From positions 15,258 through 79,257 of the forward strand of contig DYGT01000007.1 in assembly GCA_020724555.1 (NCBI GenBank): a stretch of 64,000 nt of DNA, in the 5' to 3' direction. Source of the stretch: Candidatus Microgenomatus sp. GTDB taxonomy: Bacteria > Patescibacteriota > Microgenomatia > UBA8517. Positions 48,378 through 55,921 of the stretch are shown here, piece after piece; positions within the stretch are counted from its first letter, which is position 1; each line of letters starts with the position of its first letter. The notes below the pieces were generated by a model. The model was not told the DNA's origin and did not search any database. It saw nothing but the letters and a program-made list of their open reading frames with translations. The position numbers and the translations under genes were made by a program.

Positions 48378-49082
48378 TTGATGTTTTCAAAACTAAAAAG
48401 AAAACAAATAAAGTGTATCTTAATGTGCATGGGTTATATGCCATGTCTGGAGACAGAGGTTCTAAGTCAAAGTTTTTTGGGAAACAGGACACTGGAGAAA
48501 AATATAGCCAATGTAGTCCAGTTTTCCTCCTCTCGTGACTGGAATATCTTCCCTCCAGATGGGACTTATTCAAAGCAACAAGAGTCATTCAAGGGTAAAA
48601 CTTTTGTGCAAGAAGCTCAAGATTTGAGAGATGCAATTGATTTGATTCTTGACCAAAGTAAATATCTTTTTGGTATCGAGAAAGGAAAGCTGAGATTTTA
48701 TATAGTAGCTAATTCAATCGGTGGAACCGTTACTACAACTTTAAAAGATAAGTTTAAATATATTGATAAAATCGTGTTGGCTGGATTTGGAACCAGACCG
48801 TCAGATTCCACAAAACCAATTCTTTCAACCTGTCCAACTGAAAAAGAAATTCTTGATTCGGCTGCAAAATTTAACGGAGAACTACTTTTTCTCCAAGGAA
48901 GCAAGGATGACGTGGTGCCCATTGAAGCGCAGGATAAATTGTTTGCAAGTTATAAGCATGCCAAAAAAGAAAAAGTGATTGTTGAAGGAGCAAATCACAA
49001 CTTCTCAAAGTTAAACGGAAAAGACAAAAGATTGGTTCAGAAATTGTATGTTGATTTCATTCTTAAATTTTTGGTCAAATGA
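48378..49082 (+). CDS. Alpha/beta-fold hydrolase
   Basis: Nucleophile elbow ANSIGG (GxSxG); catalytic Asp/His region (DDVVP, ANHNF). Confidence 0.55.
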   Translation: MMFSKLKRKQIKCILMCMGYMPCLETEVLSQSFLGNRTLEKNIANVVQFSSSRDWNIFPPDGTYSKQQESFKGKTFVQEAQDLRDAIDLILDQSKYLFGIEKGKLRFYIVANSIGGTVTTTLKDKFKYIDKIVLAGFGTRPSDSTKPILSTCPTEKEILDSAAKFNGELLFLQGSKDDVVPIEAQDKLFASYKHAKKEKVIVEGANHNFSKLNGKDKRLVQKLYVDFILKFLVK

Positions 49083-49597
49083 AATATCATCAAGACACAT
49101 ATTTATACAAAGGCACTAAGGTTACAAATACCTGGATTAAAACTGACAATCTTGAGAATTACTCTCCAATAACTCAGGTCTACGGAATCGTTTTTAACGA
49201 TAAAAATGAAGTCATAATTTGTCGTGAATCTAATAGCGGTAGCTGGATAATTCCAGGAGGACACCCAGAGGAAGGTGAATCTATTGAGCAAACACTAAAG
49301 CGAGAGCTTCAAGAAGAAGTGGATGTAGAGATCGAAGATATCAAACCATTAGGTGTCCAAAAGGTTACGTTTCCGGATGATGTTAATTCTGATAAAGCCA
49401 TATATCAAGTCAGATGTATTGCAAAACTCAAAAAACTGAATTCTCAAACTCCTGATCCTGCAAATGGGAATACTTGGGAGAGAAAATTTATTCCTGCTTC
49501 TGAAATTACAAACTATGTTAAGTGGGGAAAAACCGGAGAGGTAATGTTTAAGGATGCTGTTGAAGTTTATTCTTCTGGCTTGAAACCAATGATTTGA
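49079..49597 (+). CDS. Nudix hydrolase
   Basis: Nudix box GGHPEEGESIEQTLKRELQEEVDVE. Confidence 0.75.
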   Translation: MKYHQDTYLYKGTKVTNTWIKTDNLENYSPITQVYGIVFNDKNEVIICRESNSGSWIIPGGHPEEGESIEQTLKRELQEEVDVEIEDIKPLGVQKVTFPDDVNSDKAIYQVRCIAKLKKLNSQTPDPANGNTWERKFIPASEITNYVKWGKTGEVMFKDAVEVYSSGLKPMI

Positions 49598-49826
49598 TAC
49601 CCTTTTTCTTCTATCTCCTCTTTGCTCCAAAATGGTAAATCACGAGTTTTGACAATATATGTTACTTTCTTCTCAAGAGTTCTGCCTGTGTAATCTTTTT
49701 TCTCTGGATCCCACTCAAAACATCTCCTTCGTTACATTCAAAATCATTAAGCCTAACTTCGAAATTTTTGTCACCTTTTAATATTGCCTCAAAGTATGGT
49801 GGTTGAACTTTCTTTTCTATTTTCAT
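49568..49826 (-). pseudogene. DUF3850 (ASCH-like) gene interrupted by a frameshift near 49715
   Basis: MKIEKKVQPPYFEAILKGDKNFEVRLND...GDVL in one frame; the conserved continuation EWDPEKKDYTGRTLEKKVTYIVKTRDLPF...GYQIIGFKPEE* is in another frame. Confidence 0.5.
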
Positions 49827-49850
49827 AGCTTTACCGCTATTATACCGAAT

Positions 49851-50351
49851 ATGAGGCAAAAGCGGTATCAAGAGGTAAGGTTTTATCTATTTGCAAATTC
49901 ATACTCAGGCAAAGCTATAGTCACTTTTATTAGAGAAAAATATAAGAGGAAGAGATTAAATTATGTAGTGAAACGCTTATCATCAGTCTTGGGTTTTAAC
50001 TACAAACAAACGAAAAGACTCATTATTTTTGAGCTGATTCCAGACTGTCCTTATAAAAGATTGCCAAATAAATTGAAAATCTATCTTGAAATAGAAAAAG
50101 AATTAACAACTCTTGTACAGGAAAAATTAGATGAATACTCAACTGCACTGGAAGATTACCAGAGGCAATTATTAGCGCCCGCTATTGAGAGGGCAGCTGG
50201 TAATCTCATGATAGAAATTGAAGATAGAGAATTTGATAAAACGCTAGAAATACAAATAAGAAAATATAGCCATATTTATTATAGGACTGCATACAAGTAC
50301 AAATTAACAACTTTGAGGGTTGTACCATTCATACTTAGGTTAATATCCTAA
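49851..50351 (+). CDS. Hypothetical protein (start at MRQKRY)
   Basis: ORF only; the 5' end of the track ORF overlaps the DUF3850 gene. Confidence 0.3.
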   Translation: MRQKRYQEVRFYLFANSYSGKAIVTFIREKYKRKRLNYVVKRLSSVLGFNYKQTKRLIIFELIPDCPYKRLPNKLKIYLEIEKELTTLVQEKLDEYSTALEDYQRQLLAPAIERAAGNLMIEIEDREFDKTLEIQIRKYSHIYYRTAYKYKLTTLRVVPFILRLIS

Positions 50352-50680
50352 GTATATCAAAATATATCAACAACTTTTGAGACATTCCCTTTTTATACTG
50401 TCTCATTTGTCTCGTTTAGCCTCACTCGTGATACACTACTTATGGGTCTGAAAGGTTCAAGACCGACATGCTCAGCAAAACAGGGCGCAAGGTGACCGAG
50501 ATACTTCAAAAAGCCCAATCTTTCGTTCAAAACAGCTATTTTTATTTGAAACATTCGGACGGTACGCTCGACATTCGGATATTTACCTTGAAATTGGCCT
50601 TTCTGACTACCTTGTGGTGTTTAATTTTTCTCCAAATTTATTCTAGATGTCAAGTACCCCTTTTACTACACACTCTGTCT

Positions 50681-51559
50681 CTAAACGGATAACTGTCTAA
50701 ATTGGGTTGGTGGCATTTTTAGTTTGGTGTGTATTCTTTGGTGGTTGTAGTAGTGGATTACTTGATGGATAGCCTCCACTAGTTCTCCAATTTTGTATTA
50801 AATCTCTCAAACTCCAGTCCCAGATCTGTCTTGAAATTGTTGTAAAAAGATTCTTGATATCCATTCTCCCAAGGACTACCTTTTTTACTCATACTGATTT
50901 TGATACCCAGCTTGTTTGTTAGTTGAGTGTATTCTTTTGATTTGTATTCACTTCCTTGGTCTGTATGAACAATTTGCGGTTTGCCTTGAGTGATAACAGC
51001 CTCAAGTAAGGCTTCAATTACCAGTTCTTTGGTGTGTCTGATTGAAATATTCCAGCCTACAATTTCTCTGGTATAAATATCCATAAATCTGGCTAAATAT
51101 ATAGTTTTACTGTTCCCACCTTAAATATGTAAAGTCACCAACATAAACAATGTTTGGTCCAATAGGGCAAGTGCCCTTAATCATGTTTGAATATCCAGCA
51201 TCAGGTTTTCTCAAATCTCTCCTTTTGCTCCACCTGGCTTTCCTTTTGTATGGCTTAATAGAGTAAAGCTTCATCACCCTTCTCACTCTTTTCTTGCCAA
51301 CAGGATGTTGAGGAGTGGATAAAGCAATAGCAATCCTTCTGTGGCCATAGCTTGGGTTTAATTCCAAGACCTGTAGTATCTGTTCTTTCAGGGATTCATC
51401 CTTGGTTTTAAGTTTGTTTGAGTGTAGATATAGTGATTCTCTGGATACCCCAAATAAATTTGAAATTAGACTTTTGGAGACATTTTTAACTTTCCCTTGG
51501 ATTAGCTCAACCAGATATCTTTTTTTTTGTTTTCTCCAGCTCAAAAGTGAGCACTCCAA
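50681..51559 (-). pseudogene. IS3 transposase OrfB (rve integrase core), disrupted by two frameshifts beyond the programmed one
   Basis: NIVYVGDFTYLRWEQ* then KTIYLARFMDIYTREIVGW in the +1 frame (break near 51084-51107); HTDQGSEY core; C-terminal IHYYNHQRIHTKL again in another frame (break near 50781). Confidence 0.7.
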
Positions 51560-51764
51560 TGATTTCTTTGAGCTGTTGATTTTCTTTTTTGAGCCTCACG
51601 TGTTCCATCCAGCTAACTTGCTTGGCTACTCCACCCCTTAACCAATTGTAAATTGTTTTTCTACTGACCCCATACTTTTCAGATAAACTGGAGTCTGGCT
51701 CACCTGTTTTAACTTTACCCAAAATCTCCTTTTTAACTTCTTTTGCGACTGTCTTTCTTTGCAC
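51507..51764 (-). CDS. IS3 transposase OrfA (HTH)
   Basis: HTH_Tnp_1 pattern, leucine zipper, followed by an AAAAAAAAA -1 frameshift window. Confidence 0.8.
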   Translation of the reverse strand: MQRKTVAKEVKKEILGKVKTGEPDSSLSEKYGVSRKTIYNWLRGGVAKQVSWMEHVRLKKENQQLKEIIGVLTFELEKTKKKISG

Positions 51765-51934
51765 AGTTTCACCTCCTTTTGTGTTTCAAGTATATAAGCA
51801 AGCTTGTTACTTGCGTAATAGAAACTGTGTGTATTTTAAGGGGTACCTGTCAATGCATATTTTACACCCTTTTATCATATTAAATCTCTTGACGGAATAG
51901 TCGCCTTTATCATGTGAGCGTAAAACTCCATGCG

Positions 51935-51954
51935 CCTGCCTGCCGGCAGGCAGG
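51935..51954. repeat. 20-bp perfect GC-rich palindrome CCTGCCTGCC|GGCAGGCAGG
   Basis: Exact dyad; 83 bp beyond the IS right end and ~140 bp upstream of blaI. Confidence 0.6.
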
Positions 51955-52082
51955 TAAGCACGGGGATGTAAGCTCAAAACAATCTCGCTTAAACGAGTGT
52001 TTCAAAATACCATCTGGCGTAAGCCGGTGGTAGTTTGTCTTAAAGGAAGGTTGATTGTTGGCTGCAAAACTCCTAGAATCTC

Positions 52083-52101
52083 TGTAGAGTATATGACTAC
52101 A
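52083..52101. promoter_or_regulatory. Imperfect dyad TGTAGagtATATgaCTACA overlapping the blaI-like start codon (possible autoregulatory operator)
   Basis: TGTAG/CTACA arms around an ATAT centre; ATG at 52093. Confidence 0.3.
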
Positions 52102-52419
52102 TACAATTTGGGTCCACTTGAACAGGAAATAATGAACTGCGTTTGGCGTAGTAAGGAGGTTTCGGTGAAAGATGTACATTCTTGTCTCAAAAAGTCTCGC
52201 AAGATCGCCTATACCACTGTAATGACAATAATGACAAGGCTGACAAAAAAGGGGTTTTTAACAAGAAAAAAGGTGGGTAAAGCCTATTTATATACCCCAA
52301 AGAATACGAAAGAAAAAGTGGCCAAAGGAATGGTCAAAAGAATCATTGATTCATTGGTTAATCAATATGGCACTGATGCAGTTACGGCATTTACTGATGA
52401 GCTTGAAAAAAGAAGATAA
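52093..52419 (+). CDS. BlaI/MecI/CopY-family transcriptional repressor (start at MTTYNL)
   Basis: Winged-helix N-terminus typical of penicillinase-repressor family proteins, ~110 aa; no C-terminal Cys cluster. Confidence 0.7.
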   Translation: MTTYNLGPLEQEIMNCVWRSKEVSVKDVHSCLKKSRKIAYTTVMTIMTRLTKKGFLTRKKVGKAYLYTPKNTKEKVAKGMVKRIIDSLVNQYGTDAVTAFTDELEKRR

Positions 52420-52430
52420 TTTATATAACC

Positions 52431-52463
52431 AAAGCTTGGCCTTCGGCTAAAGCAAAGCTTGGC
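52431..52463 (+). repeat. 33-nt element, copy B (identical to 37205-37237), in the blaI/M56 intergenic spacer
   Basis: Exact 33/33 match. Confidence 0.9.
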
Positions 52464-52466
52464 AAA

Positions 52467-53345
52467 ATGTTATTTATGATAATTAAAAGGAATTTTGTGA
52501 AAAAAGAGTTGAGATGTTTTTTAATAATAGTTACTGTTTTTATTTCATCAGTGTTTTTTCTTTTTGGCCTTCTTAAAAAATATTCTTTTTTTACATTAGA
52601 ACACTTCCTTGAAGTATGCAGGCAAGTTTCGTCTGGTTTTTTAGCTTCCGGTTTACAACACATTGGGTTTGGATTATTGGTTCTCACTTTCTTTTCTATA
52701 GCTATATTTTTCGTCAAAGCAATCTTTTCTTATATCAAGACCCAAAAGAAATTAGCCTCACTTTTGAATAGTAAAAGCAATGTTATCCCCGGAAAGCTAT
52801 TAAACGTTATTGAAAAGAATAAAGTTGAAAAAAACCTTATTTTCGTTGTTAATTTAAAAAAAGACATTGCCTTAACAATTGATTGGTCAGGGCCTAAAAT
52901 TATTCTTTCGACGGGATTAATAGACAAACTTGAACCTGAGGAGCTGGAGTCGGTGGTTTTGCATGAGTATTACCATGCCAAATACAGACACCCGCTAATG
53001 CTCATTATCAGCGAGATTGTTTCGGACACTTTATTTTTCATTCCAGTCTATAAGGATCTACACAAATATTTCAGATCTCTGCTGGAAAAAGAAGCTGACG
53101 ATTTCGTTAGTAGCTTACAAAACGGAGCAACTTCTTTAGATTTGGCGCTTTCTAAAGTAGAAACAGAGACTCGTTTTCCTATTTTTCCCTCTTTTTCAAA
53201 AAGAATTGATCATAAAATAAGCAGGAGAAATGCGGTCCTTTCTGTTTTGACAGTAACCGTTGGTTTGGCCCTTTATCTTCTACCTACCCAAACATACGCT
53301 TCATGGGGTAATTCACATAATTTTTCTGAAGTATGCATAAGATAA
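52467..53345 (+). CDS. BlaR1/MecR1-like M56 metallopeptidase membrane protein without a penicillin-binding sensor domain
   Basis: 4 TM helices; HExxH zinc motif LHEYYHAKYRHP; length 292 aa. Confidence 0.7.
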   Translation: MLFMIIKRNFVKKELRCFLIIVTVFISSVFFLFGLLKKYSFFTLEHFLEVCRQVSSGFLASGLQHIGFGLLVLTFFSIAIFFVKAIFSYIKTQKKLASLLNSKSNVIPGKLLNVIEKNKVEKNLIFVVNLKKDIALTIDWSGPKIILSTGLIDKLEPEELESVVLHEYYHAKYRHPLMLIISEIVSDTLFFIPVYKDLHKYFRSLLEKEADDFVSSLQNGATSLDLALSKVETETRFPIFPSFSKRIDHKISRRNAVLSVLTVTVGLALYLLPTQTYASWGNSHNFSEVCIR

Positions 53346-53408
53346 TCAATGAAATTTCTTCTAATTAGTTATTGACAGATAAACAGATTTTTTACTACAC
53401 TTTGTAGT

Positions 53409-54173
53409 ATGTCTAAAAAAAGTTATACATTTACCCTTCCAAGTAATTTGACACCAGTGCTTCTTGTTGTGGTAATTGGTCTTACTTTTGGAGTCGGTAT
53501 TCTTTGGCAAAAAGTTCAAAACCTCGAAAGTAGCACAAGTACTAGAGTAGCGGCCGGTACAGCCAAAGTTGGTAATCCTCAAGAGGCAGCTCCCCAAGCT
53601 CCTCCACAAGCAGGAGAAGTAGAACCGGTTGATGAAGAAGACCATGTGCGAGGCAACAGGAATGCAAAAATTGCTTTGATTGAATACTCTGATTTGGAAT
53701 GCCCTTTTTGTAAAGCTTTTCACCCCACAGCAAGCCAGGCCATTAAGGAGTATCCCAATGACGTGATGTGGGTATATAGGCATTTTCCCTTGGACCAGCT
53801 TCACTCAAAAGCCGATAAACAAGCTGAAGCTGTTGAGTGTGCAGGAAAACTTGCAGGTGACGATGGTTTTTGGAAGTTAACAGATAAGATATTTGAGGTT
53901 ACACCATCAAACAACGGGCTGGACAATAGCACACTTCCCGATTTGGCAGCCAGTGTGGGTATTAACAAATCACAGTTTCAGGCGTGCCTTGATTCCGGAG
54001 AGTTTGCGAGTCATGTGGAAGAAGATTACCAATCTGGTATCAAAGCAGGTGTGACGGGAACTCCGGGAAATATATTGCTTAATACCGTGACAGGCGAAAC
54101 ACAACTTATTCCGGGAGCCGTACCATATCCTCAACTAAAACAAGCAATCGACGCTATGCTTTCTGAAAGCTGA
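53409..54173 (+). CDS. DsbA-like thioredoxin-fold protein, membrane-anchored/exported
   Basis: N-terminal TM/signal; CxxC active site ECPFCKAF; thioredoxin-fold length. Confidence 0.7.
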   Translation: MSKKSYTFTLPSNLTPVLLVVVIGLTFGVGILWQKVQNLESSTSTRVAAGTAKVGNPQEAAPQAPPQAGEVEPVDEEDHVRGNRNAKIALIEYSDLECPFCKAFHPTASQAIKEYPNDVMWVYRHFPLDQLHSKADKQAEAVECAGKLAGDDGFWKLTDKIFEVTPSNNGLDNSTLPDLAASVGINKSQFQACLDSGEFASHVEEDYQSGIKAGVTGTPGNILLNTVTGETQLIPGAVPYPQLKQAIDAMLSES

Positions 54174-54181
54174 CATGGACA

Positions 54182-54913
54182 ATGGTTCCTTTTACTTTAC
54201 TTAATCTGGCAATCGCCTTTTTGGCAGGCTTTCTTACTTTTTTTGCGGGTTGCCTGGCACCGGTTGCTCCTGTTTATATAAGTTTTCTGGCGGGCGTTAC
54301 CCCCGATGAGATAAAAGGGAAACATAAAAGAGTATTCCTGGGAAACTCACTACTTTTTACTTCTGGTTTTTTGTTTGTATTTTTACTTTTGGGGCTAACT
54401 GTTAACTCTTTGGCAAGGATACTGGGAAGCTACAGACCGCTTCTAAATAAAATCGCAGGAGTGTTTTTATTTTTTTTTGGCTTGTTTTTAGGAAAATTTG
54501 TAAACATTCCCCTCCTAAACAGAACCTTCGTCCTGAAAAAGAGCACGAAGGATATTGGCGCCTTTACTCTTGGAGCTACATTCGGCTTTGCCTGGACTCC
54601 TTGCGTGGGACCGGTCTTGGCTGCAATTTTATTTTGGGTTAGCTCCAAGTCAAGCTTAATTGCCGGATTGCCGCTTTTGGTTCTTTTTGCGCTCGGCCTT
54701 GGCACACCCTTTGTCTTGATAGGGTTAGGTTTTGATAAATTCTGGCCACTGTTTAAGAGCCTTAATAAATACTCATTTTGGTTAAATAGGGTTGGGGGAA
54801 TAATTTTAATTGTCTTTGGGGTTCTTATTTTTACAAATAATTTTTCAGTTATCTCGGCCTTTCTTTTGGCGAAACTGGGAAGCCCGGCGTTTAACTTAGA
54901 GCTTAAACAATAA
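54182..54913 (+). CDS. ccdA: CcdA/DsbD-beta family thiol-disulfide electron transporter
   Basis: 6 TM helices with the two conserved Cys (GCLAPVAP and WTPCVGP). Confidence 0.75.
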   Translation: MVPFTLLNLAIAFLAGFLTFFAGCLAPVAPVYISFLAGVTPDEIKGKHKRVFLGNSLLFTSGFLFVFLLLGLTVNSLARILGSYRPLLNKIAGVFLFFFGLFLGKFVNIPLLNRTFVLKKSTKDIGAFTLGATFGFAWTPCVGPVLAAILFWVSSKSSLIAGLPLLVLFALGLGTPFVLIGLGFDKFWPLFKSLNKYSFWLNRVGGIILIVFGVLIFTNNFSVISAFLLAKLGSPAFNLELKQ

Positions 54914-54960
54914 TTACATATTTCGTTTTTTTACTACATATTGTAGTATATATTTAAATT

Positions 54961-55602
54961 ATGTCTGACATAGACTACCCAAGCGAGTGGAACGATCTGC
55001 CAAAAAGGGAAAGAAAACAAAAAATCAAGGAGCTTAAGAGACAAAAACAGAAAAAGGCTGATTTTGTTAAAAAAGCAAGAAATATCGGCATTGTGGTTGT
55101 TTTATTTGTAGCTCTAATTGGCGGATACAAATTCATGACTCAAAAGTCTCCCCAAGAGCTAGCCTTTGAGCAGGAGGTAAATGAAGTGTCTTTAGAGGGA
55201 AAGGTAGAAGAATTTCCGATCGAGGGCGTCGAGCATGTTTCAGCTGAAACAACTGTGGAATACAAGACAAATCCGCCAACGTCAGGGCCTCATTTTGCAC
55301 AAGCACAAAACTGGGGTGTGTATGACAAAGAGATTGACGATAAAGCCGCAGTCCATGCTTTGGAACACGGAGGTATCTGGATTTCTTATAAAGATATAAG
55401 CGATGATGAAAAAAATATTTTAGAGGAAATTGGTAGGGAAAACTCAGGGAGTGCGATAGTTTCACCAAGGGGTGCAAATGATGTAAAAATCGCGGTGGTT
55501 TCCTGGGGAAGGATGATGAAACTAGATACTGCCGATAAAGCTCCTATCCAAAAATATATTGACACTTATAAAAACCAATCTCCTGAGAGATTGGCCCGAT
55601 AA
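54961..55602 (+). CDS. DUF3105 domain membrane-anchored protein
   Basis: TM anchor; TNPPTSGPHF...HALEHGGIWISY motifs characteristic of DUF3105. Confidence 0.55.
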   Translation: MSDIDYPSEWNDLPKRERKQKIKELKRQKQKKADFVKKARNIGIVVVLFVALIGGYKFMTQKSPQELAFEQEVNEVSLEGKVEEFPIEGVEHVSAETTVEYKTNPPTSGPHFAQAQNWGVYDKEIDDKAAVHALEHGGIWISYKDISDDEKNILEEIGRENSGSAIVSPRGANDVKIAVVSWGRMMKLDTADKAPIQKYIDTYKNQSPERLAR

Positions 55603-55610
55603 ATCATCTC

Positions 55611-55639
55611 TTGACATATACCCTAGGGGGGTATATAGT
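55611..55639 (+). promoter_or_regulatory. Promoter (TTGACA-17-TATAGT) overlapped by a CsoR-type operator dyad ATATACCC-tag-GGGGGTATAT
   Basis: TTGACA 55611-55616; GC-core pseudo-palindrome 55616-55636 resembles the B. subtilis copZA CsoR operator TACCCTACGGGGGTA (recalled, not checked). Confidence 0.5.
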
Positions 55640-55648
55640 ATATTTATT

Positions 55649-55921
55649 ATGGACAACGGAGGCTTTAAAGGTCAGGCCGAAAGGCGGATAAATATTATTA
55701 AAGGCCAACTGGACGGTCTTTTTAAAATGATAGATAAGGATGAGTATTGCACTGATATTCTCGACCAGTCACTCGCGATTCAGAATTCCCTCAAGAGCCT
55801 TGACGGGCTTATCTTGGAACGCCATTTAAGAATCCATGCCGCGGATCAATTCAAAAACAATAAAGAAAAAGCTGTAAATGAGTTACTTAAAATTTTCAAG
55901 AAAAAACAAAGAAATGACTAA
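55649..55921 (+). CDS. csoR: CsoR/RcnR-family metal-sensing repressor (DUF156), start at MDNGGF
   Basis: Four-helix-bundle-size protein with Cys (EYCTDIL) and HxxxH (RHLRIH) metal-site positions; precedes the P1B-ATPase. Confidence 0.65.
   Translation: MDNGGFKGQAERRINIIKGQLDGLFKMIDKDEYCTDILDQSLAIQNSLKSLDGLILERHLRIHAADQFKNNKEKAVNELLKIFKKKQRND

Larger units (their letters stand above)
50648..51852 (-). mobile_element. IS3-family insertion sequence (~1.2 kb) with decayed transposase
   Basis: Imperfect ~26-bp terminal inverted repeats TGTCAAGTACCCCTT... (50648) and ...AAGGGGTACCTGTCA (51852); OrfA HTH and OrfB DDE/rve core; A9 slippery run at the orfA/orfB overlap. Confidence 0.8.

Noticed and set aside
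50352-50647. Possible remnant of a second transposase on the minus strand (MFQIKIAVLNERLGFLKYLGHLAPC...)
   Set aside because: Only a ~49-aa ORF with no motif I can recognise; it may simply be the non-coding tail beyond the IS left end.
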